Source: an uncultured Pelagibacteraceae bacterium (GTDB taxonomy: Bacteria > Pseudomonadota > Alphaproteobacteria > Pelagibacterales > Pelagibacteraceae). Taken from it: a stretch of DNA of 64,000 nt. The DNA lies in contig CACOXX010000004.1 of the NCBI GenBank assembly GCA_902631265.1, positions 677 through 64,676 of the forward strand, read 5' to 3'. Both the position numbers and the translations under genes were made by a program. The notes beneath the pieces were generated by a model. That model saw nothing but the letters and a program-made list of their open reading frames with translations, did no database searches and was not told the DNA's origin. Position 1 is the stretch's first letter. Each line of letters begins with the position of its first letter. Positions 1 to 11,004 of this stretch are shown here, piece after piece.

Positions 1-520
1 AATTTTTAATACAAATTTAGGATATAACCCAATCTTTTTTTCGTATCCTTTTGGTGAATATTCTTTACAACAAAAAAATTTTATTAAAAAAAATTTTAAA
101 TATGCTTTTGGGCAACACTCGGGAGTAATAGACAGCACAAAAGATAAATATGAATTACCAAGATTTCCTATTAATGAGAATTATGGAAAAATGGAAAGAT
201 TCAGCTCCATTATCAAATACTTACCATTGCAGTATAAAAGTTTTAAACCTGAAGATAAGTACGTGTTAGTAAAAAATAATCCTCCATCGGTTGAAATTGA
301 ATTTTTCGATAATCAAAAAAACATAAAGAATATAAATTGTTTTTCTAATGAAGGTGATAATTGGGGTAACCCCAATATTTCAGTCAATGAAAATAATGTT
401 ATGAAAATTTCTTTTAGAGAAAAATTTACTTTTAGAAGGGGGAGATTAAATTGTTCTTTAAATGAAAATGGTAAATGGAAGTGGTTTGGTCACCAATTTA
501 CGGTTCAAATTCCTAAATAA
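1..520 (+). CDS. Polysaccharide deacetylase family protein, C-terminal part (5' end outside window)
   Basis: The frame is open from position 2 (IFNTNLGYNPIFFSYPFGEY...AFGQHSG...LPRFPINE), giving NodB-type YPxG and LPRF motifs. The listed ORF 191..520 is only its tail. Confidence 0.75.
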   Translation, partial: IFNTNLGYNPIFFSYPFGEYSLQQKNFIKKNFKYAFGQHSGVIDSTKDKYELPRFPINENYGKMERFSSIIKYLPLQYKSFKPEDKYVLVKNNPPSVEIEFFDNQKNIKNINCFSNEGDNWGNPNISVNENNVMKISFREKFTFRRGRLNCSLNENGKWKWFGHQFTVQIPK

Positions 521-1682
521 TATTTTTATATTTTACGCTTAGAGGAAGTAGTTTTACTTCATCAAAATCTTTTAATTGATTTTGTTGAATGATTTGTTTT
601 AAAACTTTTGTATATTCTGTTCCTGTTTGAGCGTAATTATCTAAATATTCCGCGAGTTTCAAACTATCTAATCTTTTATTGTCATCTCTTAACTGCGCTC
701 TTATAAATCTAAATTTCTTATAACTTGAATGAGTATTTAAATTTCTTTGGTACGCTCTGACTGATGCTTTAAGCACATTAAACTTCATCACCTTGTAAGT
801 TGCATTTGTATCAGCTCCAGCTGGTTTAATACCCTCTCCTGACCAAGTCCATTGGCCAAACAGCGCATTACCCTCAATAGCAAATCTTGAAGTTCCCCAA
901 CCAGTCTCTTTAGCAGCTTGAGCAATGGCAAGGGATACAGGGATTATATCCATCCTAACTTTTAAAGTTGCAAGATCTTTGTTTACAACTCCATATTGCT
1001 TAAATTTTTGATTTAACCACTTTATTTCATCTTTTGAATTTTTATTTTTATTTAAAATTGTAAACAGCTTTTTTCTATCAATAATAATCCTATTATTTTC
1101 CTCAAGAACTAGTGGCAATATAATTTTTATAAACAAGTTTTTTCTTTTTCCTGAATTCTCAATTGATTTCATTTCATTGGGCAGCAAAGATAGTCTTATA
1201 GGTTTAACTTTTTTAGTACGTCTAACTTCAGATAAAGAATAGTTGGTATCTTTAAACAATTGCTCAATTGTAGAAGCGCTTAATCGTACCGTATCCTCTG
1301 GCAATTCATCAAATTTAAACACATCCTCAAGAATGTTTGATAAATCAAGACCTTCATCAACCTTTTCTTTATCATCAATACTTTCTCCACTTAAAACTTT
1401 CTCAAAATCTGTTTTTGAATTATTGATTTTAGACTGATTGTTACTTGTTATTTGATTATCGATATCGACGGACAGAGGTATGATAAAAGAAAACATGATT
1501 ATTAAAAAAGATGCTAAACCAGTCAGATATAAAGACTTAAACTCGTCAAATCTAAAATTTATGTTCGTAAAAGGTTTTCTTTTTATTACAATACCTTGTT
1601 TTGATAAAATTCTTTTTAATTCTTTAAATTTTTTTAAATCAAAATTTTTCTTTGTCAGACCCGAAAATAAATCTTTTTTCAT
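513..1682 (-). CDS. Bax-like glucosaminidase-domain protein (GH73-related) with N-terminal TM anchor
   Basis: SLAIAQAAKETGWGTSRFAIEGNALFG and NLNTHSSY motifs; one hydrophobic helix near residues 52-72. Confidence 0.85.
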   Translation of the reverse strand: MKKDLFSGLTKKNFDLKKFKELKRILSKQGIVIKRKPFTNINFRFDEFKSLYLTGLASFLIIMFSFIIPLSVDIDNQITSNNQSKINNSKTDFEKVLSGESIDDKEKVDEGLDLSNILEDVFKFDELPEDTVRLSASTIEQLFKDTNYSLSEVRRTKKVKPIRLSLLPNEMKSIENSGKRKNLFIKIILPLVLEENNRIIIDRKKLFTILNKNKNSKDEIKWLNQKFKQYGVVNKDLATLKVRMDIIPVSLAIAQAAKETGWGTSRFAIEGNALFGQWTWSGEGIKPAGADTNATYKVMKFNVLKASVRAYQRNLNTHSSYKKFRFIRAQLRDDNKRLDSLKLAEYLDNYAQTGTEYTKVLKQIIQQNQLKDFDEVKLLPLSVKYKNII

Positions 1683-2218
1683 ACTGCCTCAACTTCCTTC
1701 ACTTCTGGAACATAGTGGCATAAGAGATTTTGAACACCTTTTTTAAGCGTCAGTGTAGAGCTTGGACAACCAGAACAACTTCCTTGTAACTCCACTATAA
1801 CTTTCCCATCTTTAAAATCTTTAAATTTAATGTCACCTCCATCTCTAGCAACTGCAGGTCTGACCTTGGTTTCAAGTATTTTGATAATTGTATTTTTTAC
1901 ACTTGATAGTTCCTCTGAATTCTCAGATTTTTTTTCTGAAATTATATATTCGTTACCTTGGTCATAAAAATCATTTATGTAAGAAATTATTATGTGTTTA
2001 AGATCTTCCCATTCATAATTTGCTTCTTTATTAACCGATAAATAATCATCAGATAAGAAAATTCCAGTTACTCCATTTATTGATAAAATATTTTTAATTA
2101 GACTGACAGATGTCTCACTTTTATCTTTGAATTCAACAGGTCCTACTAATGAAACCTTTTTCTGAGTGACAAATTTTAAAGAATTAGGATTTGGAGTATT
2201 TTGTGTCTGTATAAACAT
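1679..2218 (-). CDS. NifU/Nfu-type Fe-S cluster carrier
   Basis: MFIQTQNTPNPNSLKF N-terminal domain; RPAVARDGGDI and GSCSGCPSS CxxC motif. Confidence 0.93.
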   Translation of the reverse strand: MFIQTQNTPNPNSLKFVTQKKVSLVGPVEFKDKSETSVSLIKNILSINGVTGIFLSDDYLSVNKEANYEWEDLKHIIISYINDFYDQGNEYIISEKKSENSEELSSVKNTIIKILETKVRPAVARDGGDIKFKDFKDGKVIVELQGSCSGCPSSTLTLKKGVQNLLCHYVPEVKEVEAV

Positions 2219-2263
2219 TAGATTAATATAGTAATTGAAGTCATTTTTTAAAGTAAAATATTT

Positions 2264-3268
2264 TTAAAAGCCAATAATTTCTTTTATTTTTTTTACTTTA
2301 TCTGAAGCAATTTTTTCAGCTTTTTGACTTCCATCTTTTAAAACTTGAAGAATATGACCCTTATCTGATTTTAATTTTGATATCTCTTTTGATATAGGTG
2401 AAATATTTTCTATCACAACCTCTGATAGTTTTTCTTTAAAATTTGAAAAATTTTTTCCCTGAAATTCATTTAATGTGTCTGTAATTTTTTGGGATTTTAA
2501 ACTTGAGTATATACCAATCAAATTTTGTATTTCTGGTCTTTTGTTCAAATCTTTTTCATTTGCAGGAAATGATTTTGCGTCAGTTTTTGCTTTTTTAATT
2601 TTATTATGAATTTGTTCTACTGTATCAGTGAGATTTATGCGACTAGCATCAGAAGGATCTGATTTGCTCATTTTATTTTTTGCATCTTTAAGACTCATAA
2701 TACGAGAAAATTTTTCCTGAATCAGGGGGTCTGGTATTTTAAAAAAATCTTGTGCTTTAAAATCTGTATTAAATTTTTGGGCAATATCTCTTGTTAGTTC
2801 TAAATGTTGTTTTTGATCTTCTCCCACAGGAACATGAGTTGCATCGTATAAAAGAATATCAGCTGCCATTAAAATTGGGTAAATATACAATCCCACACTT
2901 GCTTTCTCTTTATCTTTGCCTGCTTTTTCTTTGAACTGGGTCATCCTGTTTAACCAACCCATTCTTGCAATACAGCTCAGTATCCATGTTCCCTCTGAAT
3001 GAGCAGGTACCATTGATTGATTAAAAATTATACTTTTGCTTGGATCAATTCCGCTTGCTAAAAAAACTGCAGTCGTCTCAAGAATATTGTCTTTTAATTT
3101 TTGTGGGTCTTGTTTTGTGGTAATTGCATGTAAATCTACAACACAATAAATACATTTAGAATTATTTTCAGATTGCAGTTTTACAAAATTTTTAATTGCA
3201 CCAATATAATTTCCTAAATGAAGATTGCCTGTAGGTTGAACTCCCGAAAATATATTTTTTTGTGACAT
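2264..3268 (-). CDS. trpS: Tryptophan--tRNA ligase
   Basis: [14 protein letters not shown] (HIGH-like), [17 protein letters not shown]. Confidence 0.98.
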   Translation of the reverse strand: MSQKNIFSGVQPTGNLHLGNYIGAIKNFVKLQSENNSKCIYCVVDLHAITTKQDPQKLKDNILETTAVFLASGIDPSKSIIFNQSMVPAHSEGTWILSCIARMGWLNRMTQFKEKAGKDKEKASVGLYIYPILMAADILLYDATHVPVGEDQKQHLELTRDIAQKFNTDFKAQDFFKIPDPLIQEKFSRIMSLKDAKNKMSKSDPSDASRINLTDTVEQIHNKIKKAKTDAKSFPANEKDLNKRPEIQNLIGIYSSLKSQKITDTLNEFQGKNFSNFKEKLSEVVIENISPISKEISKLKSDKGHILQVLKDGSQKAEKIASDKVKKIKEIIGF

Positions 3269-3269
3269 C

Positions 3270-4799
3270 TTAATATCTTATTTTAATATCACTTAATTTG
3301 AAAGCTTTAGTAAGTAAGGATATTGCAAAATAAATAATCGCTGATGAAATTACTAATAAAAGAAGATAAATAACTTTAAAATTACTATCATAATCTAATT
3401 GAACACTGAAAAAATTAATTGAGCTGAAAAGAAATAAAGCCATTAATAAAACTGAAACACATATTTTAAAAAATTGAAACATCAAACTTAAACTTACTTT
3501 AAAAAATTTCTTATGATTTAAATAATAATATAATAATAAAGCATTAATCCAGGATGAAATAGATGTTGCAATCGGAATTACTATAAAGCCAAAATCTCTA
3601 AAATAATAAATACTTATTGAAGCGTTAATGATGACTGATATTAACGAGAAATAAAAAGGTATCTTGGTATTGTCTCTAGCAAAAACAAAATTTGAGAGAA
3701 TTTTTATGAGTGAAAATGCAGGTAAACCTAAAGCAAAATAAAATAATGCTTTTGCAGAATTTTCAACACCTTCTTTGTTAAAAGATCCATATCCAAATAA
3801 CGATGAAACAATTTCTTCTGAAGCAACTAATAGACCTGCCATTGCAGGAAGACTTAAAAAAAGTGAAAGTTCCAATGATTTGTTTTGTATCAAATCAATA
3901 TCCTTCAATTTTTTTTGAGCAATATAAGAGGATAGTTTTGGAAGTATGACAGTTCCTATTGCTATACCTGCAATGGCAAGATTAATTTGATAAATTCGGT
4001 CAGCATAATATAAATATGATACAGCTCCGGCTTGAAAAGACGCAATGATAGTTCCAATTAAAATATTAACTTGAGTTACTCCTGAAGAAAAAATACTTGG
4101 CAAAAGTTTTTTAAAAAAACTTTTTATTTTATTATCAGTATTTAAATTTAATTTAAACTGGGGCTTATAAATTTTTTTCAATACTAAAATAAGGAAGATC
4201 ATTTGAATGAAACCAGCAATTGATACGCCATAGGACATATAAGTCACAAGATGATCATCAAAGTATTTGGCACATAATAATATAATTATTAAAACAATAT
4301 TTAATATTATTGGTGCGGCTGAAGCAGCTGCAAATTTATTATGCGAGTTTAAAATTGCTGAAAAAAAAGATGCTAAACTTATAAACAATATAAAAGGAAA
4401 TGTAATCCTTGTTAAGTCGGTTGCCATAATAAACTTTTCAGGATCTGATTTAAAACCTGGTGCTATAAGTGATACAAATAAAGGCATAAATAATTCAACG
4501 AGAATTACAAGTCCAAGCAGTGAAAAGGTTAATAAACTCAAAACTTTATTTGCAAATCTTTCAGAATTTTTTTTAGATTTTGTTAACTCTTTTGCGTAAC
4601 TTGGAACAAAAGCTGCATTGAAGGAACCTTCTCCAAAGATTCTCCTAAACGTATTTGGAATTCTAAATGCAACAAAAAAAGCGTCTGCGATAGGTCCAGA
4701 CCCAAGAAATATTGCAATGAGAATGTCTCTAACGTACCCAGATACTCTGCTAATTATGGTATAAAAACTAAAAGTCCCAGTTGACTTAATTATATTCAT
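3270..4799 (-). CDS. murJ: Lipid II flippase MurJ (MviN)
   Basis: [33 protein letters not shown]; polytopic membrane protein. Confidence 0.96.
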   Translation of the reverse strand: MNIIKSTGTFSFYTIISRVSGYVRDILIAIFLGSGPIADAFFVAFRIPNTFRRIFGEGSFNAAFVPSYAKELTKSKKNSERFANKVLSLLTFSLLGLVILVELFMPLFVSLIAPGFKSDPEKFIMATDLTRITFPFILFISLASFFSAILNSHNKFAAASAAPIILNIVLIIILLCAKYFDDHLVTYMSYGVSIAGFIQMIFLILVLKKIYKPQFKLNLNTDNKIKSFFKKLLPSIFSSGVTQVNILIGTIIASFQAGAVSYLYYADRIYQINLAIAGIAIGTVILPKLSSYIAQKKLKDIDLIQNKSLELSLFLSLPAMAGLLVASEEIVSSLFGYGSFNKEGVENSAKALFYFALGLPAFSLIKILSNFVFARDNTKIPFYFSLISVIINASISIYYFRDFGFIVIPIATSISSWINALLLYYYLNHKKFFKVSLSLMFQFFKICVSVLLMALFLFSSINFFSVQLDYDSNFKVIYLLLLVISSAIIYFAISLLTKAFKLSDIKIRY

Positions 4800-4849
4800 A
4801 AATCATATTAGTCTTATTATTGGCTCATTTGTATACATAAATAATCAAA

Positions 4850-7138
4850 ATGAAAAAAAATAAAATTGAACATTACTCTGACAAAGAAGCATTAGATTTT
4901 CATAATACTAATAAATCTGGCAAGATTGAGATAATTTCTTCTAAACCGATGACTTCAAAAAGAGACTTGGCTTTAGCATATTCACCCGGAGTTGCTGCTC
5001 CAGTAAAAGCGATTTCAAAAAATCCTGACCTTGCATATGACTATACTACAAAGGGAAATCTTGTTGCTGTAATAAGTAATGGCTCTGCAATTTTAGGTCT
5101 AGGAAACTTAGGTGCAGTTGCCTCTAAACCAGTCATGGAAGGAAAGGCAGTTTTATTCAAAAGATTTGCAGACATAGACTCTATCGATATAGAAATTGAT
5201 TCATCTGATACAAAGGAAATTATCAATTCAATAAAAAATATTTCAAAAAGTTTTGGGGGAATTAATTTGGAAGACATAAAAGCACCCGAATGCTTTATAA
5301 TTGAAAATGAGTTAAAAAAATTATTAGATATACCGGTTTTTCATGACGACCAACATGGTACTGCAATAATTACAAGTGCAGCCCTTATAAATGCATGTGA
5401 TATTGCAAAAAAAAATATTAAAGACATTAAAGTTGTTATTAATGGAGCAGGTGCATCTGCTATGGCTTGTGCAAATCTTTTTATAAATACTGGAGTTAAC
5501 GAAAAAAACATTACAATGTTAGACTCTAAAGGAGTAATACATTCAGAAAGAGATAATTTAAACGAATGGAAAAAGAAATTTGCTATTAAAACAAAAAATA
5601 GGAACCTTAATGATGCTATTGAGGGTGCAGATGTGTTTTTAGGTCTCTCGCAAGCCGGTGTTTTAAAAAAGGAGATGATTAAAAAAATGTCAAAAAATCC
5701 TATTATCTTCGCATGTGCAAATCCAGACCCAGAAATCATTCCTGAGGATGTTGAAGAAGTAAGAGAAGACGCAATTATAGCAACTGGGAGATCAGACTAT
5801 CCAAATCAAGTTAATAATTTAATTGGCTTCCCATATATTTTTAGAGGAGCTCTCGATGTAAGAGCTAAAACAATTAATGAGGAAATGAAAGTTGCTGCCG
5901 TAAAAGCTATAGCTACTTTAGCAAGAGAAAGGGTTCCAGATGAAGTGGTTGCTGCAATGGGTGGAGATAGACCACATTATGGAAAAGAATATATTATTCC
6001 ATCCACTTTTGATCCAAGATTGATAAGTGTAATTCCTGTGGCAGTTGCTAAAGCTGCTATCAAAACAGGTGTTGCAAGAAAAGATATAGAAGATTTTGAT
6101 ATTTATGCTGAACAACTCAAAAACCGTTTAGATCCATCAGTTGCAGTAATCCAGGGAATTAATTCTCAAATTAAAAAAAATCAAAAAAAAGTAGTTTTTG
6201 CTGATGGGGAGGATGAAAATAATTTAAAAGCTGCTATTGCATTTAAAAATAACGGTCTTGGAGAACCAATTTTAATTGCAAAAGAAGATATAGTTAAAAA
6301 GAAATTATATGAAATTGGTTATGAAGAAAAACTAGATATCAAAATAGTTAACTCAACAAATAAAGAATTAAGAGAAAGATATGTGAAATTTCTATTTGAA
6401 AAACTGCAGAGAAAAGAAGGTTTGCTAGAAAGAGACTGTGATAAATTGGTAAGAAATGACAGAGTTATATGGGGGGCTTGCATGGTTTCTTGTGGAGACG
6501 CAGATGCAATGGTAACTGGAAATACCAGACGTTATTCTTCATCATTAGAGAAAATTACAAAAGTTGTAGATCCAAGGCCAGGCGAAATAATGTTTGGTCT
6601 AAACATGATAATTAATAGAGGAAAAACAATATTTGTCTGTGATACCTCCGTAATTGAGTATCCAAATGCAAATCAACTAGCAGAAATGGCAATTTCAACA
6701 GCTAGAGTTGTAAGATTATTTGGTTTTGATCCTAAGGTCGCGTTTTTATCTCACTCAACTTTTGGTCAGCCTGCAACAGATAGAACAAAACGAATAAGTG
6801 ATGCAGTACAAATTTTAAAAGAAAGAAAAGTGGATTTTAAATTTGATGGTGAAATGCAACCTGATGTCGCTCTAGAAGAAACTTATAAAGAGTTATATCC
6901 ATTTTCAGAAATAGTTGGCAACGCGAATGTATTGATAATGCCGAGCCAACACAGTGCAGCGATATCATTCAAAACAATGAAATCAATGAGTAGAGCGAAA
7001 GTAATTGGTCCACTTCTTATAGGATTAGGACAAGCGATAGAGATAGCTCCACTTAGAAGTTCAACTTCAGAAATTTTAAACTTAGCATCTGTTGCTGCAT
7101 ATTCTGCTGGTGTAATTGACTATAATAAAAAGAATTAA
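4850..7138 (+). CDS. maeB: NADP-dependent malic enzyme with C-terminal PTA-like domain
   Basis: LAYSPGVA, KPVMEGKAVLFKRFA, FHDDQHGTA, GRSDYPNQVNN; PTA-like domain (VVFADGED, DGEMQPDVAL). Confidence 0.96.
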   Translation: MKKNKIEHYSDKEALDFHNTNKSGKIEIISSKPMTSKRDLALAYSPGVAAPVKAISKNPDLAYDYTTKGNLVAVISNGSAILGLGNLGAVASKPVMEGKAVLFKRFADIDSIDIEIDSSDTKEIINSIKNISKSFGGINLEDIKAPECFIIENELKKLLDIPVFHDDQHGTAIITSAALINACDIAKKNIKDIKVVINGAGASAMACANLFINTGVNEKNITMLDSKGVIHSERDNLNEWKKKFAIKTKNRNLNDAIEGADVFLGLSQAGVLKKEMIKKMSKNPIIFACANPDPEIIPEDVEEVREDAIIATGRSDYPNQVNNLIGFPYIFRGALDVRAKTINEEMKVAAVKAIATLARERVPDEVVAAMGGDRPHYGKEYIIPSTFDPRLISVIPVAVAKAAIKTGVARKDIEDFDIYAEQLKNRLDPSVAVIQGINSQIKKNQKKVVFADGEDENNLKAAIAFKNNGLGEPILIAKEDIVKKKLYEIGYEEKLDIKIVNSTNKELRERYVKFLFEKLQRKEGLLERDCDKLVRNDRVIWGACMVSCGDADAMVTGNTRRYSSSLEKITKVVDPRPGEIMFGLNMIINRGKTIFVCDTSVIEYPNANQLAEMAISTARVVRLFGFDPKVAFLSHSTFGQPATDRTKRISDAVQILKERKVDFKFDGEMQPDVALEETYKELYPFSEIVGNANVLIMPSQHSAAISFKTMKSMSRAKVIGPLLIGLGQAIEIAPLRSSTSEILNLASVAAYSAGVIDYNKKN

Positions 7139-7722
7139 TTTTTTTGAATTCTTAAATCTTCCATCAAAAGAATACTTGCTATCACTTTTTCAACATCTAA
7201 AATTGACTTAGCCTCATCAACTACCAATTTAAGTTCATCTTTGGTTTCAGCAATACCATAAATATATATACGTTTCTTGTATGTATCTATTTGGTAATTC
7301 CTTGATTTGATTTCTTTATTAAACACCAAAGCTGTTCTCAATTGAGAAGTGATTAGAAGGTCCTTAGCTGACTGTTTAAAATTAAATTCTTCTTTAATAA
7401 TTATATCATTTCTTACTGATCTTACTCCCTCCGTCTCCCATGCAATTTTAGTAATTTTGAGTTTATCCTCTGGATTATCAACTTTACCAGTTATAAAAAT
7501 TCTACCATCGAGGACTTTTGATTTAACAGTTAAAAAATACTTTTTATCTTCTAAAGTAAGTCTGGTTGACAAATTTTTTTGCATTATAGTGTCATCAATT
7601 TGAGTTCCAATAGATCTTGGATCTACTGCAATTGATACACCCGTTCCAAATATCCCTGTTGTACCTGTTCCAGTACAAGTGTTTAAAAATATTAGCAAAA
7701 TAAATAAAAACCTAATTTTCAT
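7135..7722 (-). CDS. Dual-BON domain lipoprotein (DolP/YraP-like)
   Basis: Signal peptide with Cys (FLNTC), DPRSIGTQIDD, two BON repeats, adjacent to rsmI. Confidence 0.85.
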   Translation of the reverse strand: MKIRFLFILLIFLNTCTGTGTTGIFGTGVSIAVDPRSIGTQIDDTIMQKNLSTRLTLEDKKYFLTVKSKVLDGRIFITGKVDNPEDKLKITKIAWETEGVRSVRNDIIIKEEFNFKQSAKDLLITSQLRTALVFNKEIKSRNYQIDTYKKRIYIYGIAETKDELKLVVDEAKSILDVEKVIASILLMEDLRIQKN

Positions 7723-8560
7723 TTTTTTTTTTAAGACAATAATTATAAATTGTTCGCTTTGAGATATTTCTCTCTTTAAAAAAATTCACAATGTCTTTGA
7801 CTGTTTTCTTCGGTAACATTTTGTTAATCATTTTCTTATCAGATTCGGTAAGATAGTTAAAATTGTTAATTGAATTTTTCTTTTCAGAAAATACGGCTGT
7901 TAATTCACCTTTAATATTTAAATCAAGTTTTTTTAAATCACTGACTTTTAATCTAATAAACTCTTCATGTAATTTAGTTATTTCTCTACAAATCACTAGC
8001 TCTCTATCATTAAAATATTCTTGAAATTTATCTAAATTTTTAAGAAATTTTCTTGGAGATGAAAACAAAATAATTGCACAATCAACTTTACTTAACATCT
8101 CAAGTTCTTTTTTTAACGATGACAATTTTTCAGACAAAAAACCAAAAAAAATAAATTTTTCTGTAAATCCACTAATGGACGCTACTGTAGTAACTGAAGA
8201 AACACCTGGAATGGGTATAATTGGTATATTTTTTGAAACACATTCTTTTATAAGTATTCTGCCTGGATCCGAAATGACTGGAGTACCAGCATCTGAAATA
8301 AGAGAGATGATGTTATATTTTTGAATTTCAGAAACAACTTCTTTAGAAATTTTTCTCTCGTTAAATTTATGATACGATACCAACTTAGACTTAATATCAT
8401 AATGAGTAAGTAGTTTTTTTGAATTTCTTGTATCTTCACATAAAATTATATCTGATTTCTTAAGTATATCTATTGCTCTAAAAGTAATGTCTTTTAAATT
8501 TCCTATAGGTGTAGAAACTATGTAAAGTCCCTTTTTAAGTTTTTGAGTTTTAGACTTCAT
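7712..8560 (-). CDS. rsmI: 16S rRNA C1402 2'-O-methyltransferase
   Basis: LYIVSTPIGNLKDIT, CEDTR, SDAGTPVISDPG, REITKLHEE. Confidence 0.96.
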   Translation of the reverse strand: MKSKTQKLKKGLYIVSTPIGNLKDITFRAIDILKKSDIILCEDTRNSKKLLTHYDIKSKLVSYHKFNERKISKEVVSEIQKYNIISLISDAGTPVISDPGRILIKECVSKNIPIIPIPGVSSVTTVASISGFTEKFIFFGFLSEKLSSLKKELEMLSKVDCAIILFSSPRKFLKNLDKFQEYFNDRELVICREITKLHEEFIRLKVSDLKKLDLNIKGELTAVFSEKKNSINNFNYLTESDKKMINKMLPKKTVKDIVNFFKERNISKRTIYNYCLKKKNEN

Positions 8561-8592
8561 TGTTTTAAAAGAATATAATATTTAGTAATGAA

Positions 8593-9744
8593 ATGAAAAA
8601 TAAAATTAACTTTTTAATATCTATTTTAGCTTTTCTAATAATAAGCTTTATTTCGACATCAGCTTCAGAAAAAATAAAGATTGGATTATTATTACCTTTG
8701 AGTGGTGAGAACAAGAATATTGGGACCTCTGTTTTAAGATCTGTGAGTATGGCAGTGAATAAGATTGACAGTTCTAAACTAGAGATTCTACCAAAAAACA
8801 ATTTCGATGATCCTGAACAAAACTATATAGCTGCTAAAGAACTTTACGATAATGGTGTAAGAATTTTTATAGGTCCAATTTTTGAAAAAAATATTAAAAA
8901 CTTATCAAAACTAAATGATGCAATTTTTTTATCCTTTACAAATAAACTTGAAAAAAAAGGTAACAACATTATTTCTGTTGGTGTAAATGCATTATCGCAA
9001 CTTGAAGCAATTGAAAAATTTCAAAAAATAGAAGGACTGGATAAAACAATTTGTTTAATTCCCGAGGATCGTTTCAGAGATGAAATTGAAAAGGGTTTAT
9101 CTTCAACTAATATAAAATTGAAAAAAAAATATTTTTATGAGTCTGATCCAACTTTGTTAACAAAGAGAATAGAAAAAATTACCAAATACGATAGAAGAAA
9201 GCAAAATTTAGCAGATGAAATAAAAAGGGTGGAAGAGTCAGATGAGTTTGATAAAGAAAAAATAATAGAAAACTTGGAAAAAAAGGACACTCTTGGAAAA
9301 GTAAATTTCGACTCTGTCATAATTTCTGCCTTCGATGAAACACTTAAAAGTATAACGACATCTTTAATTTACACAGATGTTACACCAAAAAAAACTTATT
9401 TCATTACATTAAACCAATGGTTTGATGAGTCTTTACTTAAAGAAGATAGTTCTCAGAGTCTTTATTTTCCTTCAATAAATAAAAAAAATTTTGATGAATT
9501 CAAACAGGAATATTTTAATAAATATTCATCCGAGCCAAATCAAATCTCTTTATTAGGTTTCGATATGGTTGGATTAATTTTTTATCTTTCTAAAGTAAAT
9601 AACTTCCAATTAAGTAACAAAGTATTTGATCAGAAAAATACTTTCAAAGGCAAGATTGGTTTGTTTGAAATAAAGGATAAACGTATAAAACACGTTTTAA
9701 ATTTTTATAAAGTGGAAAACAATAAATTTAAAAAAATCTTTTAA
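8593..9744 (+). CDS. LpoA-like penicillin-binding protein activator / periplasmic binding protein fold
   Basis: Signal peptide, KIGLLLPLSG, IFIGPIF; divergent from rsmI as in the usual proteobacterial arrangement. Confidence 0.75.
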   Translation: MKNKINFLISILAFLIISFISTSASEKIKIGLLLPLSGENKNIGTSVLRSVSMAVNKIDSSKLEILPKNNFDDPEQNYIAAKELYDNGVRIFIGPIFEKNIKNLSKLNDAIFLSFTNKLEKKGNNIISVGVNALSQLEAIEKFQKIEGLDKTICLIPEDRFRDEIEKGLSSTNIKLKKKYFYESDPTLLTKRIEKITKYDRRKQNLADEIKRVEESDEFDKEKIIENLEKKDTLGKVNFDSVIISAFDETLKSITTSLIYTDVTPKKTYFITLNQWFDESLLKEDSSQSLYFPSINKKNFDEFKQEYFNKYSSEPNQISLLGFDMVGLIFYLSKVNNFQLSNKVFDQKNTFKGKIGLFEIKDKRIKHVLNFYKVENNKFKKIF

Positions 9745-10330
9745 TTTTTTTAAAGGCTTTTGCTCTATGGTCAATTTTATATTTGTAATTTTTGCTCATC
9801 TCAGCAAAAGTTCTTTTATGACCATTTGGAATAAAAATCGGATCATATCCAAATCCATTTTTTCCTTTTTTGGTTTTAGATATTTTTCCACTCACTTTAC
9901 CTAAAGAATAAATTTTTTTTCTATTTGGCCAATAGATAACCAAAGCACAAATAAATCTTGCTGAAACTTTTTTTGTTCTCCATTCTTTATCCTTTTTATC
10001 CAATTCTTTGTAGACCCTTTGCATTGCTTTATTGAAGTCACTTTTTTTGCCTCCCCATCGAGCTGAATAAATTCCAGGTTTTTTTTTGAGAACATCAATC
10101 TCTAAACCTGAGTCGTCTGATAAACATATTAGATTTGTTTTTTTTGAAAAATATTTTGCTTTAATTAGCGCGTTAGATTTAAAAGTTTTGCCAGTTTCAT
10201 TAGGGCTTTTGAGATTAAAATCTTTAGTTGAGAAAACTTTTACATTTTTAGGTAATAAATTAGCAATTTCTCTCAGTTTTCCTTGATTATTAGTGCCTAT
10301 TAATATTTTTGAAATTTTTTTATTTTTCAT
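9728..10330 (-). CDS. rdgB: Non-canonical purine NTP pyrophosphatase (RdgB/HAM1)
   Basis: TNNQGKLREI, NALIKA, SDDSGL, PGIYSARW, GFGYDPIF, IDHR. Confidence 0.95.
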   Translation of the reverse strand: MKNKKISKILIGTNNQGKLREIANLLPKNVKVFSTKDFNLKSPNETGKTFKSNALIKAKYFSKKTNLICLSDDSGLEIDVLKKKPGIYSARWGGKKSDFNKAMQRVYKELDKKDKEWRTKKVSARFICALVIYWPNRKKIYSLGKVSGKISKTKKGKNGFGYDPIFIPNGHKRTFAEMSKNYKYKIDHRAKAFKKIKRFF

Positions 10331-10366
10331 CTAGTAAATACTAAATTTCTTACCATATAACCTTTA

Positions 10367-10945
10367 ATGCCTGAAGAAAAAAACACCATCGATGAAAACA
10401 AAGAAGATTTAGATAAAGATAAGTCTGAAAATAATAAGGCTGAGGAAGAAAAGAAAATAAGCCCTGAAGAAAAAATAGTTGAATTAGAAGATAAGCTGAC
10501 AAGATCATTTGCTGAACTAGAAAACCAACGTAGAAGATTTGAAAAAGAAAAAGATGAAGCATTTGATTATGGTGGCATGGTTTTTGCGAGAGATGCATTA
10601 AACCTTTTAGACAATCTTGAAAGATCGAAACAATCAATAAATAATGATCAAAACTTAGATGAAAATTCAAAGAAGAAAATTATTGACCACATAGAAATTA
10701 TTTTAAATGACACACTAACAATTTTTAAGAAGAATAATATTGTGCCCGTAGTTTCTATAAATGAGAAGCTTGACCCAAATAAACACCAAGCAATGATGGA
10801 GATAGAAGACGAAAGTAAAGAGCCTGGAACAATTGTGCAGGAAATACAAAAAGGATTTATGTTAAAAGATAGACTTTTGAGACCATCATTAGTCGGGGTA
10901 TCAAAAAAATCACAAAAAACGGGAGAAAAAGAGCCAAAAAAATAA
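10367..10945 (+). CDS. grpE: Nucleotide exchange factor GrpE
   Basis: AELENQRRR, DPNKHQAM, QKGFMLKDRLLRPSLVGV. Confidence 0.96.
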   Translation: MPEEKNTIDENKEDLDKDKSENNKAEEEKKISPEEKIVELEDKLTRSFAELENQRRRFEKEKDEAFDYGGMVFARDALNLLDNLERSKQSINNDQNLDENSKKKIIDHIEIILNDTLTIFKKNNIVPVVSINEKLDPNKHQAMMEIEDESKEPGTIVQEIQKGFMLKDRLLRPSLVGVSKKSQKTGEKEPKK

Positions 10946-10955
10946 GATATGGGAA

Positions 10956-10983
10956 CTTGTAGATTAAGAAAAAGCACATATAT
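10956..10983 (+). promoter_or_regulatory. Putative RpoH (sigma32) promoter of dnaK
   Basis: CTTG-N17-CATATAT, one mismatch to the alphaproteobacterial CTTG-N17-CYTATNT consensus, 21 nt upstream of the dnaK ATG. Confidence 0.55.
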
Positions 10984-11004
10984 GAGTTTCAAATATAAAA
11001 AATT

